Shown here piece by piece: positions 62,870 through 64,000 of a DNA stretch of 64,000 bases. The notes under the pieces were generated by a model that was not told where the DNA came from, did not search any database, and was given only the letters and a program-made list of their open reading frames with translations. Position numbers and translations under genes: made by a program. The stretch is from Schmidtea nova (lineage: Eukaryota), in assembly GCA_044892505.1 (NCBI GenBank), contig CM097882.1:85746001-85810000 (forward strand), read 5' to 3'. How positions within the stretch are numbered: the first letter of the stretch is position 1; each line of letters begins with the position of its first letter.

Positions 62870-64000
62870 AATTCTGATTTTACGCGAACTTTTTTTAAGC
62901 GAATTTGAATTAACGCGATTCAACAAAATTATTTCGTTCTGTTTTTACGCGATTTGATTTGATTTAACGCGATGCAAAAAATTTCATTTTTAGCAAAAAA
63001 TTTTCAAATATAAATTCAATTAAAGTTAAAGGTAATTTATAATTTTAAGTTCATTAATTTATTACATGCAAATAAATTTTTATAGGAACCTCATTACAAT
63101 TAATAATGTCAGCTAAAAAACAAACAAATAGAAAAGCTATTTCTTTGGAAATTAAAATCAAAATTTTGGATAGACTAGCCACTGGAGAAGGTGCCACTTC
63201 TGTAGGGAAATATTTTAATTTAAAAAAATCAACCATAAGAACTATAAAAAAAATGAAGAAGCTATCAGAAAATCTGTGATTGCTGGAACAAATATGAGTG
63301 CTCATACAACATCATACACAAGAGACACTGTAAAAGAGAAAATGGAGAAGGCTCTTGTAATATCGATGGAGGATTGCTTACAAAAACGGATACCTGTTGA
63401 CGGAAATGGCATAAAGCAGATGGCATTACGAATTTATAAGCAGATGAAAGGAATGGAACTACAAAAATCAGGCCAGAAAGATAAAAATTTGAATTTTTCA
63501 CAAGTACAGGTTGGATGACAGGTTATCTGCAAAGGCACTCGCTTCATAATATAAAAATTAGGGGTGAAATTGCATCTGTAGATGAGGATGCAGCTAAAGC
63601 ATTTCCCCAAAAATTGGCTAAAATAATTGAAGAACGTGGCTACACTCCGGATCAGGTATGGATTGCAGATGAAACAGGCCTTTTCTGGAAAAGAATGCCG
63701 AGCAGAACATACATAGCAAATTCCCAGACAATTGCAAGTGTGTTTTAAGTAGCCAAGGATCGCGTGACCTTTTCATTTTGTTCTAACGCTTCAGGAGATC
63801 GAATGCTGAAACCTTTACTTGTAAATCGAGCACTAAAACCAAGGTCAATGAAAGGTGTAAAGTTTAGTAGATTGCCAGTCCACTGGACAGGAAATAAAAA
63901 AGCCTGGGTGACTACTGAAACTTTTAAGGAATGGTTTTTACCAAATTTTGTACCAGAAGTTCGGCGCTATATGAGCGATAAAGGTCTCGAATTCAAGGTT
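62867..64000 (+). mobile_element. Tigger/pogo DNA transposon, frameshifted transposase, runs off the window
   Basis: TIR-like end after (TA)n; ATG at 63106 gives RKAISLEIKIKIL (HTH); STGWM..Y..RH, DETGLFWKRMP.RTYI, KDRVT...NASGD and KKAWVT. Confidence 0.92.

Overview
AT-rich eukaryotic (invertebrate) scaffold with three N-gaps. A lophotrochozoan host is my inference from the claudin-type motifs. The only recognisable resident host gene is a PI3K regulatory subunit (p85/p55/p60 family) on the minus strand. Three phase-compatible exons (46916-47114, 33827-34264, 19908-20168) are separated by ~12.7 kb and ~13.7 kb TE-filled introns; I could not find the cSH2 exon. The rest is a dense nest of mobile elements: the capsid-module end of a Polinton/Maverick, a Penelope-like fragment, three Ty3/Gypsy elements, a Tc1-type DD34E element, a decayed Zator, four hAT non-autonomous elements with 8-bp TSDs, an R2-like remnant and a Tigger/pogo. 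The most unusual observations are five. (1) A CsRn1-like Gypsy whose Gag ORF starts with a ubiquitin-like domain ending in LLGG, suggesting host-protease maturation of Gag. (2) That element lies inside a 7.8-kb TIR-bounded block that also carries FG-nucleoporin, OGT and C2H2 zinc-finger gene fragments. (3) A Gypsy primer-binding site complementary to the 5'-most 12 nt of tRNA-Lys(UUU) rather than a tRNA 3' end. (4) A dispersed repeat family that ends in minimal type I hammerhead ribozymes. (5) An open claudin::ZSWIM chimeric ORF. All protein assignments come from recalled motifs; no database search was run.
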